A stretch of 64,000 nt of DNA from Schizochytrium sp. TIO01 (Eukaryota; Protista; Bigyra: Labyrinthulomycetes): contig SMSO01000032.1 in assembly GCA_004764695.1 (NCBI GenBank), positions 4,372,483-4,436,482 on the forward strand, in the 5' to 3' direction. Made by a program: the position numbers and the translations under genes. This document shows positions 22,301-35,206 of the stretch, piece after piece; within the stretch, counting starts at the first letter, position 1; each line of letters begins with the position of its first letter. The notes beneath the pieces were generated by a model that made no database searches, had not been told where the DNA came from, and saw only the letters and a list, made by a program, of their open reading frames with translations.

Positions 22301-25300
22301 TGATCACTATGGAGATCCACAATCGTGATGTTCAGGACCGCATGATTAAAGCAAACTGTCAATCACTGAACGATTTCGAATGGCTAGCGCAACTTCGGTT
22401 CTATTGGAACAAAGATGAAGGTGAGTTTGGCGGTATCCAGGTCCGTCAAACCAATCAAAGTATGGAATTCGGCTATGAATACCAGGGAAACAATGGACGT
22501 CTCGTTGTGACACCTCTTACAGATCGTTGCGTTCTTACTCTAGTAACCGCGCTTGCTCTCAACCGTGGTGGTGCTCCAGCAGGTCCTGCTGGAACCGGTA
22601 AAACTGAGACTGTAAAGGATCTTGGTAAGAACTTGGCAAAATATGTCGTTGTCTTCAATTGCTCCGACTCTATGGATTACAAAAGTGTCGGTCGCATGTT
22701 CTCTGGACTTGTTCAAACTGGTGGCTGGGGATGCTTCGATGAGTTCAATCGTATTCAGATTGAAGTACTCTCAGTCATTGCGCAACAGGTAATGTCCATC
22801 ATGAATGCTATTGCCGCTCGCAAACGGCGCTTTAACTTTATGGGAATTGAAGTTCGATGTCGCTGGAGTTGTGGTATCTTTATCACAATGAACCCAGGTT
22901 ACGCAGGTCGTACAGAGCTTCCTGATAACTTGAGTGCACTCTTTCGTCCTGTTTCAATGATGGTTCCCGATTTGGCTTTGATTGCTGAAGTTATGCTTGC
23001 AGCAGAGGGTTTCCGTGATGCGAAACCGCTCGCTAAAAAGACCACGACACTCTATGCGCTTATGATTCAGCAATTGTCCAAGCAAGATCATTACGATTTC
23101 GGTCTTCGTTCACTCCGTGGTGTGCTCATGTGCGCTGGTAGTTTGAAGCGCGCTGACGCAACTGTTTCAGAAGAGTTGATTCTGCTTCGCGCTTTACGTG
23201 ACATGAACGTTCCTAAGTTCATCCGGGAGGATATGGAGCTCTTCTTGTTGCTCATCAATGATTTATTCCCAGGTATGGAGACCCCTCCCAGTGAGCAAGG
23301 TGACTTGATTGTTGCCATGCGAGAGTGCCTTGCAGAACGTGGATTGCAGATTCATGAGGGCATTGTGTCAAAATCGGTTCAGCTCTATGAGTCCAAACTT
23401 ACCCGTCATTGTAACATGGTTGTTGGTAAGACCCTCAGTGGTAAATCTGTTGGCTGGAAATGTCTCTCCGATGCCACCACCGCTATGTCTAAGAAGACAC
23501 CTGAAGAGTTCCAACCTGTCAAAGAATATGTTTTGAATCCCAAGTCAGTCACCATGAATGAGCTTTATGGTGCTTTCGATCTTGCTACCTTCGAATGGAG
23601 TGATGGTATTCTATCAAATGTTTTCCGTGCGTGTGCTCAGGATGAACGTCCTGACGAAAAGTGGATTATTCTTGATGGGCCTGTTGATACACTGTGGATT
23701 GAGTCTATGAACACTGTAATGGACGATAACAAAACCCTCACTTTGATCAATGGTGATCGTATTGGCATGTCAAGCTCCATGTCACTCCTATTCGAAGTCC
23801 AGGATTTGTCTGTTGCTTCTCCTGCTACTGTATCTCGTGCGGGTATGATTTACTTCGATGTGGATGACCTTGGTTGGGGGCCATTTACAACTTCCTGGAT
23901 TGAACGCCGTCTCGCTACTGAAGATGAGCGGGGTGGCTCTGCTGCACGTGGTCAAAGTGAAGATGAGTCAAGCAAAACAAGTCGTTCAGCTCGTTCCAAA
24001 TTTCTCAGTGGTCTGTTCACCAAGTACTGCATTAATTTACTCAAGTTTAAGAGCAGAAAAGGTGAGCGAGTTGGTCCCTGTGACAGACTTTAATGCTGTA
24101 ATCTCGCTTTGCAATCTTTACGACTGCCTTGCAACTCCAGAAAATGGTGTGTGCCCATTTACTAATGCGGAAGAATATCTGCTCCTTTCTGAAAAATGGT
24201 TCGTTTTCTGTGCGATGTGGTCAATTGGAGGCTCTGCTGACTCGGCTGGCCGCAAAGCATTCGACGGATGTTTGCGTGATCTCGAATCTCAGTTCCCACC
24301 AGCAGAGCTTGTGTACGACTACTATGTTGATGTGAAAGCCAAGGAATGGAAACTCTGGGACGAAAAGGTTCCAAACGGTTGGCGCCCTCAACGTGGCATT
24401 GAATTTACCAAAATCACTGTCCCAACTGTTGATACAGTGCGAAACACATTTGTAGTAGAAACACTTCTGGCTGGTGATAAAGCAGCTATGCTAGTTGGTG
24501 ACACTGGTACTGGTAAAACAGTTCTTGCAGGACAACTGCTTGAGCAGTTCACCAGTGGAGAAGGCTCCAAGTTTGCAAAACTTGTTGTTAACTTTAGCAG
24601 TGCTACTACATCCTTGACTACCCAAGAAATTATTGAGGGTAGCATGGAGAAACGTTCTAAGGATAAGTTTGGTCCTCCTGGAGGAAAGAAACTCATTTGT
24701 TTCGTGGATGATTTCAACATGCCAAGGAAAGATCTTTTCGGATCTCAGCCTCCTCTAGAGCTTATCCGCCAATGGGTCGATTATGGAGGCTGGTATGAAC
24801 GCGCAAAGCAAACATGGCGCTACATTATGGATATGCAGCTTATGGTTGCAATGGGCCCTCCCGGAGGTGGTCGCAGTGTTATCAGTGGACGTCTACAGAG
24901 CCGTTTTAACCTTGTCAACTTTACTGCTCCAAAGTCGCGAGATATGGAGCGTATTTTTGCCTCGATTTTGGTTCCAAAACTGCAAGATTTTGATGACGAA
25001 GTCAAGGGTCTTGGTGAAAGCCTGGCCAAGGCAACTGTTCAACTCTACTTTGCTGTAAGTAAAACTTTCCTCCCAACCCCAGCAAAAAGTCATTATTTGT
25101 TCAATATGCGTGATGTCTCACGTATAACACAGGGGCTTTTACTCGCTGACCGCACCGCGATCGATACGAAAGAAGCTTTTATGCGAATGTGGATTCATGA
25201 GTCCATGCGTGTATTTGCCGACCGCTTCATTACATATGATGATGTTCGCATATTTCAGGGACTTCTCCACGATGAGCTTAGTGGTGTATTCTCAGCAAGC

Positions 25301-28300
25301 TTCCATGACCTGGTTCCTCCTGAAGATGATAATGTTGCTGATGACGTTCATGATGAAAGTGATGATGGAGAAGGAGAAGCTGCTCAAGGTGGAGACGGAG
25401 ATGGAGGCGAGGCAAAGTCTGCAAAAGACTCCACAAAAAGGCCTCCGTCGGGTCCCCTCTTTTGCGATTTTCTTTCAGAGCCTGTCGGTACTGCAGAAGA
25501 CGCGAAGTCCCCATATGAAGAGGTTATGGATCGTGTGAAGTTAAAGTTGTTCTTTGAAGAGAAGCTTGAAGATTACAACATGGAACCTGGGTTTATCCCC
25601 ATGGATTTGGTTCTCTTTAAGGATGCTATTGGCCACGTTTGCAGAATTTCTCGGGTGATTAAGCAACCTCGTGGCAACTGCATGCTTGTTGGTGTAGGTG
25701 GCTCAGGTCGTCAGAGTCTCAGTCGTCTTGCTGCATATTCATGCGAACAGAAGGTTTTTCAAATTGAAATCTCAAAACAATATCGCTCTGCAGAATTTCA
25801 CGAAGATCTTAAATCGTTGTATATGATGGCAGGAGGTGAGGATAAGCCGACAACGTTCATCTTTAGTGATACGCAGCTTAAAGAGGAAAGCTTCTTGGAA
25901 GATCTTAACAACATTCTTAGCAGCGGTGAAGTTCCCAACCTCTATTCTAAGGATGAAAAGATGGGTGTCTTTGAAGCAGTACGCCCAGCAGCCAAAAAAG
26001 CGGGTATTATAGAGACCGCAGATAAGCTCTGGGAATTCTTCATTGAGCGTACACGAACAAATCTTCATATCATCCTTTGTATGAGTCCTGTAGGTGATGG
26101 TTTTCGTAACAGATGCCGCATGTATCCTGCTCTAGTCAACTGTACAACGATTGACTTCTTTCATCCATGGCCTGCTGATGCTCTTACAGAGGTTGCAGCT
26201 AGGTTCCTCGCCGACACAAAGTTGGGTCACGGCGAGCAAGCTGAGATTGCATTGAAAAAGAAGATTGGGCGAGTATTCGCCTTTACGCATGAATCAGTTT
26301 CACGTGCAAGTGAGAAGATGTTGTTTGAGCTGAAGCGTCACAATTATGTCACCCCAACAAATTATCTAGAACTTGTCAAGAGTTACCGAGAGCTTATTGA
26401 GGAAAAACTTTTGGAAATTGGCGAGAATCGCGCAAAGTTGAGTGGTGGTCTTACAAAACTTGAGGAAGGTAAAGCGCAGGTTGAAGAGATGTCGGTTGAA
26501 CTAGAAGCCAAAAAGGTAGTTGTTGCGCAGGCTCAAAAAGAATGTGAGGAGCTCCTAGTAGTTATTGTTGGCGAGCGACGCAGTGCAGATGAACGAAAGA
26601 AGCAAGTCGAGGCTCAGGCAGCCCGGATTTCAACTGAAGAAGCGGAGTGTAAGGTTATTGCTGAAGATGCAGAAAGAGATCTTGGAAAGGCTCTTCCTGC
26701 TCTCGAAGCAGCCATGTCCGAGGTAGACAAACTTGATAAGAGTTCTATTTCCGAAGTCAAAGCTTATGCCTCACCCCCGCCAGCCGTCGAAATGGTACTC
26801 AATGCAGTAATGCTTATTTTTAATCTCAAGCCAGATTGGGCTACAGCAAAGAAGAAGATCAGTGAACCCAACTTTCTTCAGCAAATTAAATCTTTTGACA
26901 AGGATAATGTGCAGACAAAGACTCTCACAAAACTTAAAGCGTTCACTAATCGTGCTGACTTTACTGCTGACCAGGTACGCACCAAGTCCTTGGCTGCTGC
27001 TGCCTTATGTACGTGGGTACTCGCTATTGAGTTGTACTCTGTAGTCTTTCGTGAAGTCGCGCCAAAGCGTGCAAAACTAAAAGCTGCGATGGATAAACTT
27101 GCTTCCGCACAGTCTCAGCTTAAGGCCGCACAGGACGAGCTTGCTATTGTGATCGCAAAGGTTGATGAACTCAACGACAAGTATACAACTAGCGTTAACG
27201 AGAAAAATGCACTTCGACAGGAGGCTGAAAGCTTAGAGAACAAGCTTGACCGTGCTGATAAGCTCGTTTCTGGTCTTTCGGGAGAGCGTGTACGATGGGA
27301 AGCATCAATTGGTACTTTCGATAAGTCTATGCATGACCTTGCTGGAGATGCATTAGTTGCAGCTGCGTTCTTGTCATATGCAGGACCATTTGATACTGTG
27401 TATCGTGAACAATTAGTAAACCAGTGGCTTGCGGCGACTCAACGTCTCGGGGTGCCGTTTTCACCTGGATTCGAATTTGCTAGCTTCCTTGCTAAGCCAA
27501 CCGATGTTCGTAATTGGAATCTTGCCGGGCTTCCAGGTGACAACTTTTCTGTTGAGAATGGTGTAATCACCACCCGTGGTCGCCGATGGCCTCTAATGAT
27601 TGATCCCCAGGGGCAGGCGAACAAGTGGATTAAGAATGCCAACAAAGGTGTGGTCATTTGCACACTAAAGCAACCCGACTTTGTTCGCAAGCTAGAAACT
27701 GCTTTGCAGCTCGGTCAGGCATACTTGCTTCAAGATGTCGAAGAGGAATTAGATCCGTCTATTGAGCCTGTTCTGACAAAGAGTATTGTCAAGGTTGGCA
27801 ATCGTAAGATTATCAAGCTTGGCGACAAAGAAATTGATTATGCTGATGAGTTCCGCTTTTATGTAACTACGAAGCTGAATAATCCTCACTACACTCCAGA
27901 AGTGTCTACAAAGGTAACACTGGTAAACTTTGCAGTCAAAATGCAGGGTTTGGAAGACCAGCTTCTTGGTGAGGTGGTCAGACAGGAGGAGCCCAAGCTT
28001 GAAAAACAGAAGGCGGAGCTCGTGGTGAAGGTCGCGGAAGGTAAGAACTCCTTGGTGGAGCTTGAGAACTCGATTTTGAAGAGTCTTGCAGAGGCACAAG
28101 GGTCTCTGCTTGATGATGAAGAGCTTGTCGAAACTCTTGCGGTTTCTAAAAAGACTGCAGAAGAAGTTACGCATCAGCTACAAGTAGCAGAACAAACAGA
28201 AATTCAGATTGATGCAACTCGTCAAGGATATCGCCCTGTCGCTACACGCGCGGCTATTCTATATTTTGTTCTGAATGATCTTTCTAGTGTGGACCCTATG

Positions 28301-30814
28301 TACCAGTTTAGTTTGGCTGCGTATAATGAGTTGTTCAATGGAAGCATTGTCAAGTCTCGCAAAACCAGTCAGACTGCAGTTCCTACTGACGGCGAAGCAG
28401 GTCTTGATGACGGTGGAGAAGATGCGTCCGATGCAGATGGAGAAAGAGCATCTGGAGAAGCTGGTGGAGCAGGAGCAGGCTCAAACTCTAACTTGGAGGC
28501 ACGAATAGAGGAGATCAATGATTTTCATACGTATGCTGTGTACTGCTACGCATGCCGCGGACTTTTTGAGCGTCACAAAATTCTCTTATCCCTTCAAATT
28601 TGTATTAAGACAATGCAACATGAGAACAAGCTTCCCAAGAAGGAACTAGACTTCCTTCTGCGTGGTGGAAACGTTGTAGATCGTGCTGATCAGCGCCCAA
28701 ATCCTGCGAAGGACCTTCTCGATGCGAATGCATGGGATAATGTCACCGAATTAGATAAGCTAGCTGCTTTCAATGGCTTAGCAGCATCGTTTGAACAGAG
28801 CCGCAGAGAGTGGGCTAAGTGGATTCTCAGCCCGGTGCCAGAAGCTGAATCGCTGCCTGGAGAATGGGACAACAAACTCACTGAGCTTCAGCGCATGTTG
28901 ATTGTTCGTTCACTTCGACTTGACCGCTCATTAAATGCATCGGTGAACTTCATTTCGAATAACCTGGGTGCTCGCTATGTTGAGCCTCCTCCTTTTAATC
29001 TTCGGGCAGTATTTGAATCGAGTACACCAGGTTTACCAATTATTTTTGTCCTGTCTCCAGGTGTTGATCCGACAAAACAGGTTTATGACCTTGCTGAACA
29101 GCTTGGTAAAAAGGTCGGCGATTGTTCTTTGGGCCAGGGCCAAGCACCTGTTGCAACAAAACTCATTAATGATGGCCTTGTAGAGGGTAATTGGGTCTTC
29201 TTGGCAAACTGTCATCTTGCTGCATCTTGGCTTCCGGAACTGGAGAAAATTATTCAAGACTATGCTGAAGCTAAGACGTACCACCCGAACTTTCGTCTTT
29301 GGCTCAGTTCCAAACCAACCCCACAGTTCCCGCTTGCAATCTTGCAGCGTGGTATTAAACAGACTACAGAGCCACCGCGTGGTATTCGAGCGAACTTGAT
29401 TCGTCTTTACAACCTCGGAACAGAGGAAGAATTTGATCGATGCGAGCAACCTGTCAATTTTCACAAATTGCACTTTTGTTTGTCTTGGTTTCACTCACTT
29501 CTTCTTGAGCGTCGTAAATTTCGTAGTCTCGGATTCAATGTTCCTTATGCGTTTAATGACGCAGACTTTGAGATTTCTGCCGCTCTTATTCAAATGTATC
29601 TAAATGAATATGAGCAAGTTCCTTGGGATGCAATTCAGTATCTCATTGGTGAAGCGAACTACGGCGGGCGAATCACCGATGACTGGGATCGTCGGTTGTG
29701 TCGTACATATGTGTCCCAATACTTCAATGATATGGCAATCACAGAAGATAACTTCAAGATGTGCGCCCTAGACACCTTCTTTATGCCAGATGATGGCGAT
29801 CTAAACGCTTATAAAGCGCACGTTGCATCGTTTCCGCTTGACGACCCGCCTGAAGCCTTTGGACAGCATCCCAATGCTGATATTGCAAGTATGATGACGG
29901 ACTCCAAAGACATTCTTGGAACGCTTCTATCTTTGCAACCACGTGTTGTTTCTGCAAGTGGCGAAAGCGATGATAGCAAAGTCCTAGCAATGGTCCGCGA
30001 TCTAATGAAGAAGATTCCCAAACCCATCGATGCCTTTGAAGCGAAGCAGACGATGAGTACACGAAGTGATCCTGCCCCTCTTAAGAGTGTGCTGTTACAA
30101 GAGATTGATCGCTACAATATTTTGTTAGCTGCTCTAGGTAGTTCTTTGAAAGGTCTCGAGTCTGGTATTCAAGGTATCACGTTGATTACTTCCGAGCTCG
30201 AAGATGTCTTTAATGCAATGCTGGCAGGACGCGTCCCAGATGCCTGGGGAAGCTCCTACCCAAGTGTTAAACCTTTAGGATCCTGGGTGCGTGATTTGAT
30301 GGAGCGCATTGACTTCATTCAAGGCTGGCTCGACAATGGCCAACTTCCGAAAGTCTTTTGGCTTGCAGGGTTTACATATCCGACAGGCTTTTTGACTGGC
30401 TTGCTTCAAACCACGGCTCGTAAAAATGGCGTCTCTATTGATGCTTTATCATGGGAATTTCCAGTTCTTGCAACAGAGATTGCGGGTGTGGCACAAGGTC
30501 CAAAGGAGGGTGCCTATATGCATGGCATGTTCCTCGAAGGTGCCCGCTGGAACAAGGATGATTCATGCCTAGACGATTCTAATCCGATGGAGCTAATTGC
30601 TGATATGCCAATCGTTCACTTCAAGCCTGTTGAAGGCAAGCGTAAGCCTCCTAGCAAAGCTGTCTATACATGCCCACTCTACATGTACCCGATTCGTACC
30701 GGTACTCGCGAGAGACCTTCTTTCGTTGTTGGAGTACAGTTAGATGCAGGAGCTGTGGATGCTTCATTCTGGGTAAAGCGAGGAACGGCTTTGCTTCTTG
30801 CGCACGGTAACTAA
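16371..30814 (+). CDS. DNAH2: Axonemal dynein heavy chain, inner arm I1/f beta type (DNAH2/DHC10-like), ~4810 aa; two +1 frameshifts in this sequence
   Basis: Three overlapping ORFs (16371-19622, 19333-24093, 23858-30814) form one protein. DHC_N1 tail (GPLEEIQFWRSR), FPRFYFLSNDDLLEILGQ, P-loops GPAGTGKT, GKTLSGKS, GDTGTGKT and GVGGSGRQS, stalk, RWPLMIDPQGQ, and C-terminal FWVKRGTALL. Frame changes near 19607-19615 and 24056-24062 have no splice signals. Subtype assignment is by motif recall. Confidence 0.92.
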
Positions 30815-31651
30815 TCTACAATTTTTGCAACAACTAAACAAAAAAAAAATTACGATTTATAATTTGCAAAGTCGCCATTTGTCAATTCACTTGCAATAGA
30901 TAACCAAACCTTATCACAATACTTGCTTTAGTCGTTTTGGCGTTATTTCCCTATCCTCAAGATGACCCTAGTTAGTACAGAGTATAAAAGTTATGTCCAT
31001 AAACGGCGAACAGTTAAAGAGGGCGAACAGCTCGGCAGCAATATTTGACTGAACGTAAGGGGCTTTAAATCAAAGGTCGTGTTTCTGTGAGAGGGATCAA
31101 ACTTTCTTTATTGCGCAGCAATTAATCTTGCAATTAACTTCTGAGTCTGATGATGGGTTAGGGTGCCAAATCCAAACAGAGGATTGATTGGGTTGGATTC
31201 CACATCGTTACATGGGTATTCACATGGATGTGATTTTCTTAATGGGCATGACAAGGGTACTTTTATTTATACAACGCAAGCACTAATATTTACGTTTAAT
31301 TACGACATAACCTGAAGTATAGAGTTTCTCAGGAGAGCGGAAAAAAATAAAAAACCATCTCTATGATGCTTTAAAGCTTCAGGTGCAGCAACTATGTGAG
31401 TGTTTTTACCTTCTCGGGAGGAGAACTGGATCTTAGGCACGCAAAATCAATTGCTCGGCTTTTTGAAAGTGAAAAATTCCAAATGCGATGCTCTTGTAAA
31501 CAAAGAACCATAGAAAATTTGATATAAGATTTTAGAACTGATGAGTGAGTATGTATTAGCATACTAGAAGTATGAACAACATTAAAAAATTTAATTGGAC
31601 ACCTTTACCTTGGCAGATATTTCCTTCGATGCAAGAAATATCAATAGAATT

Positions 31652-33070
31652 TTAAATGATCCCAGGAATGAAAAGCGAGGGAACCTGCGCTTTGTACTTC
31701 TCCCAGTCAGCGCCGTACTTCTGCGAGCAGTCATGGTCGTCACGAAAAGCGCGATGAACGAGCAGAACAAAGAAATAGATGAAATAAAAGTACGTAACGG
31801 GAGTCTCAAAGCCGGTTAGTAGGCACCAAGACAGGCCCATGGTAAGGTCAGCGGTATAGTTAATTTTACGAGCATATCCCCACCATCCAGAGATGAGAAG
31901 TTTACGACCACGCTTGGTTGGGAGCGTTTTGAGGTGCGCGACATCGGGGCTATCTGGATCGCGGCGGAACGCGTCTTTCTGAGAATTAGCGGAGCGAAAC
32001 ATCCAGTAGCCGAGGAGAAAGAGACAGGTCGTGAATCCCAACATAGGCCAAGACAGATGAGGGTCATTCTCTACTAAGTAGCGTGCTTGAAGGGAGTAAG
32101 TAAAAGGAACCCATGCCAGGTCACCGAATGCCAGCATGAAGCCAAATCCATCAGTGGTAATATCCATAGTACTCAGAATAGCCCGTTCATGGTAAAGTGC
32201 ATCCCATACGTAAATGCCTTGAAAGATGTTGATGAGAAGCATGGATGGGCTGATGTAACCAGTCATGGAAAGTTGTTTGAACGCACATCCAGCATTGATG
32301 GTTGCCCAGCCAATGAGGCCTGGACGGAGTTCACAGAACTCTTTGAGATCAAATGTTCCAATCCGTGGGTTAAGTTCCCGTCCGATGAAAAAGTTGTATA
32401 CATGGCTGCTTGTATCCCCACCTTTGGCGAGCATGGCGCCCTTTGCGAAGGATGTCACAAACAGGTACACAGACAAAGCGATGGAAAAGACACACGCTCC
32501 TCCAGCGAGTTGGAGATAGTGATCATAGATGTATTCCAAAGGGAAAGATTCGAGCCTCAGCATAGAGTAGTCCTTGCTGAAGATAGGTCTGCCATGTCCA
32601 AGAATGACGAAAGTAGCCCAAAATGCCAAGTGCCCACTCAGACGATATTTAAGACGCGTACCGTCTCTCAGCTCAGTGCCCTCGACGACCTCACAGAAGA
32701 GAAGACGCTCTAGGATAACCTGGAAGGTAAACCATGCAAGGATGACGGCGAACGCTTCGTTGCTCCAGTAAGCAGAAAGGTCCTTGGGAATGTGGTTCAC
32801 AAGCTCTTCATAATTATAAAACTTGAATTTGTAATTCGTCGATGCAGCCACGAACAGAAACGTAATAACACAGGGAAGCGCAAGCATGGTAGCAAGGGCA
32901 CCGGGAGGGCCTCCAAACTCAAAATGCTCAACAGGAGGCGCGTCTTTTGTGTCTTTTGTGTCCCCATATTTCTTGCCATTTTGGTTTTGATCCTCTGCAA
33001 CCTTCGCTGCATCAGAGTCCGTGACCACCTCAGCAGAGCTTCGGGCCCTCGCACGTCTGACAGGCGCCAT
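31652..33070 (-). CDS. ERG24: Delta(14)-sterol reductase (ERG4/ERG24 family, TM7SF2/LBR-like), 472 aa
   Basis: EFGGPPG, YNFFIGRELNPRIG, DLKEFCELRPGLIGW, MDITTDGFGFMLAFGDLAWVPFTYSLQARYL, FRSANSQKDAFR, LLISGWWG and HRAFRDDHDCSQKYG. ATG at 33070. Confidence 0.93.
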   Translation of the reverse strand: MAPVRRARARSSAEVVTDSDAAKVAEDQNQNGKKYGDTKDTKDAPPVEHFEFGGPPGALATMLALPCVITFLFVAASTNYKFKFYNYEELVNHIPKDLSAYWSNEAFAVILAWFTFQVILERLLFCEVVEGTELRDGTRLKYRLSGHLAFWATFVILGHGRPIFSKDYSMLRLESFPLEYIYDHYLQLAGGACVFSIALSVYLFVTSFAKGAMLAKGGDTSSHVYNFFIGRELNPRIGTFDLKEFCELRPGLIGWATINAGCAFKQLSMTGYISPSMLLINIFQGIYVWDALYHERAILSTMDITTDGFGFMLAFGDLAWVPFTYSLQARYLVENDPHLSWPMLGFTTCLFLLGYWMFRSANSQKDAFRRDPDSPDVAHLKTLPTKRGRKLLISGWWGYARKINYTADLTMGLSWCLLTGFETPVTYFYFIYFFVLLVHRAFRDDHDCSQKYGADWEKYKAQVPSLFIPGII

Positions 33071-34015
33071 CTTCAGAAGTTTAGATTGCAAGCCAAGCCT
33101 TTCCTTCGCTCCTACTTTCTGCACTTGTACGGAGCTCACGTCTCCGCCTTGCAACAAAAATGGGTCTGATTGGCTTGCAACCGATCGATTGACCAATTGT
33201 CCAATTGACCAACCAACCCACGATTCAACAAGGTTTGCTTGCGCTACCCGGCGCAAGCTCAAACTGTCTTATTCACAGCGTTGATTGCGACCCGACGTTT
33301 GCTTGCGCAATACTGCTCTACTAATATAAGCACTTAGATACTAGGTACGCACTAGATTTCCATAAACGAGTACTACCTACGAATAGTATACCTAGGTAAA
33401 GGGTAGGTTTATCGGGTCGAAGCATATCTTTGCGTCATGGTGTGCGACATGTAGCATTTTTATTTATTTTTTAGCTTTGATTTATTTTTTTAATTTTTAA
33501 TTTAAAAAAAAATTAAAAAATTGAAGTGGTTGCTGATATCGTTACTACCGACTGGTAGTAGTCATCAAGCAGCAGGAACAAACCCTCGCTAATCAGAGGC
33601 TGCTCCTATCAATCTATTTACCAGGAAGACAATTTAAGTCGAAACATATCATTGTATGCACGAGTTGGCCCCTTTCACAAGCAAGAAGCTGTTACTTAAA
33701 ATCGTTTCACTGCTGGGATAAGAGTTTGAGAAAATGCAAAGCAGCAATTATGTATAGCTAGTTGACTGAAGTTGCCGAACTGAACATTTTTTATATAACT
33801 GGTAGATTACAGTAGATCCAAATACCAAGGTGGGCGGAAACTCAAGTCAAAATAACCAATGAACCAAAAGGAAAAGAGACAGAGACAAACAAATAAAAAT
33901 CATACACCGAAGCACGGAACTCAAGCTGAATATGTACATTACATTGTTCCATAAGATTTTCCTGTTCACAGAGAAGTCTATTTTGTGTCAACAAGCTTTG
34001 ACTTGCCAATAGGAT

Positions 34016-35206
34016 CTACAAAGCTTCCCTATCCTCACTAGGTGTCATTGCGTATGCTCGTGCTTTTCGTTTAACTCTTCTCTGCAGAAGCCCTTCTATT
34101 TTTTCATCTTGACTGGACAAAAGGCGTGGCGAAAAAGTCTTTTCACATTTTCGCAGATATTCGAATTCAAACATACCCTTTTTATTCTGTGTGGAGATAC
34201 TTTCGTAATGTTGTTCATTGTGATACATGAGACCTGTTGACCGCAATTTGGGCTGAAATGAGTGTCTATCATAGTCGTGAGAATGGACTGCATTCAATAT
34301 GCTCGACAAGGTCCTTGCGAAGCAGGAGATAGAGGCTTTGGTGCAGCACAACCCGTTAGGATAGTTCTCCTTGTGAGATGCCCTTGTCATAGCTGCTCCA
34401 TTGGAGAATTTATGCAATGCAAACGAAAACGATTCCTCGAGGTCTTGTAGATGCAGCGTAATACTTCTGCACAGAGCTCCAGCTCTCGAGACGCTTTTTT
34501 CGATTCGTAGTGCAGATTTGCCCTCTTCAGATTCATTAATCAAGGCAAAGCTATCGTTGGGATCTTTGTTTCTGGAAGCATAAGCATCAATACTTGATAG
34601 GAGCAGCAGAAATCTTTCATGAGTGAGGCCCGTAGCACAGCTTGGAGAAACATGGTCTAAAATATTGGCGCCTCTTGCCAAGCTACCAAACTGTAATGCA
34701 AAAACTAGATACCCTAGGAAGACAGTGAACTCTTTTAAGGTCGCCAAGTTTTGATGAGAGCCATTACCAGCACTTTGGTCAAGGTTATAACCAATATAGT
34801 GATTTGTCCAACTGGCAAGAACGAGAATAGTTGAATTGAAGCGAGAAATTGCAGGTTCTTCAGATGTTCTAAGTTCATCACAGGAAGTTCTTTTCGACAG
34901 ATAATAATCTCTAGCCCGAGACAAAATCTTCAAACAGGTTTGCTCACAAGAGTCTCTGAAAGATGATGCATCTGGTGCTGAGAAAGGATTGTGTGCACTA
35001 AAACTAGCAATCGAGTTCAACTGGGAACGACAACATCTCTTTGAAGCCCCAGTTAGTGGATAAATAACTGAGTATCTATGGCAAATAGAGCTGCAACCAA
35101 ACTCTTGAGATAGCCTTATATGGCTTGACTTCGAGATTCGAAGTCGCTTATCAGTGATATGAGGTACGTATAATGGGCTGGCGCCTTCTTTTGCCACCCG
35201 CTTCAT
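34016..35206 (-). CDS. Hypothetical protein (~396 aa)
   Basis: Long uninterrupted ORF (465 codons from GTG; first ATG at 35206), divergent from PAK1IP1. No recognisable motif. Confidence 0.6.
   Translation of the reverse strand: MKRVAKEGASPLYVPHITDKRLRISKSSHIRLSQEFGCSSICHRYSVIYPLTGASKRCCRSQLNSIASFSAHNPFSAPDASSFRDSCEQTCLKILSRARDYYLSKRTSCDELRTSEEPAISRFNSTILVLASWTNHYIGYNLDQSAGNGSHQNLATLKEFTVFLGYLVFALQFGSLARGANILDHVSPSCATGLTHERFLLLLSSIDAYASRNKDPNDSFALINESEEGKSALRIEKSVSRAGALCRSITLHLQDLEESFSFALHKFSNGAAMTRASHKENYPNGLCCTKASISCFARTLSSILNAVHSHDYDRHSFQPKLRSTGLMYHNEQHYESISTQNKKGMFEFEYLRKCEKTFSPRLLSSQDEKIEGLLQRRVKRKARAYAMTPSEDREAL

Noticed and set aside
19600-24095. Introns or Euplotes-type AAA-TAR programmed frameshifting as the explanation of the dynein breaks
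   Set aside because: No GT...AG segment fits, homology is continuous apart from one base, and neither site has AAA immediately before the stop.
30995-31140. GGCGAACAG x2 and GCAATTAA x2 as possible transposon end
   Set aside because: No matching terminal inverted repeat, TSD or transposase was found.
31148-31316. Possible C/D snoRNA (TGATGA ... CTGA)
   Set aside because: The boxes are far apart, with no terminal stem or recognisable rRNA guide.
33071-33262. 64-aa N-terminal extension of ERG24 from a TTG start (similar extensions on PAK1IP1, the EGF protein and the CDK)
   Set aside because: Artefact of bacterial-style start codons in the ORF track; downstream ATGs give more plausible eukaryotic N-termini.
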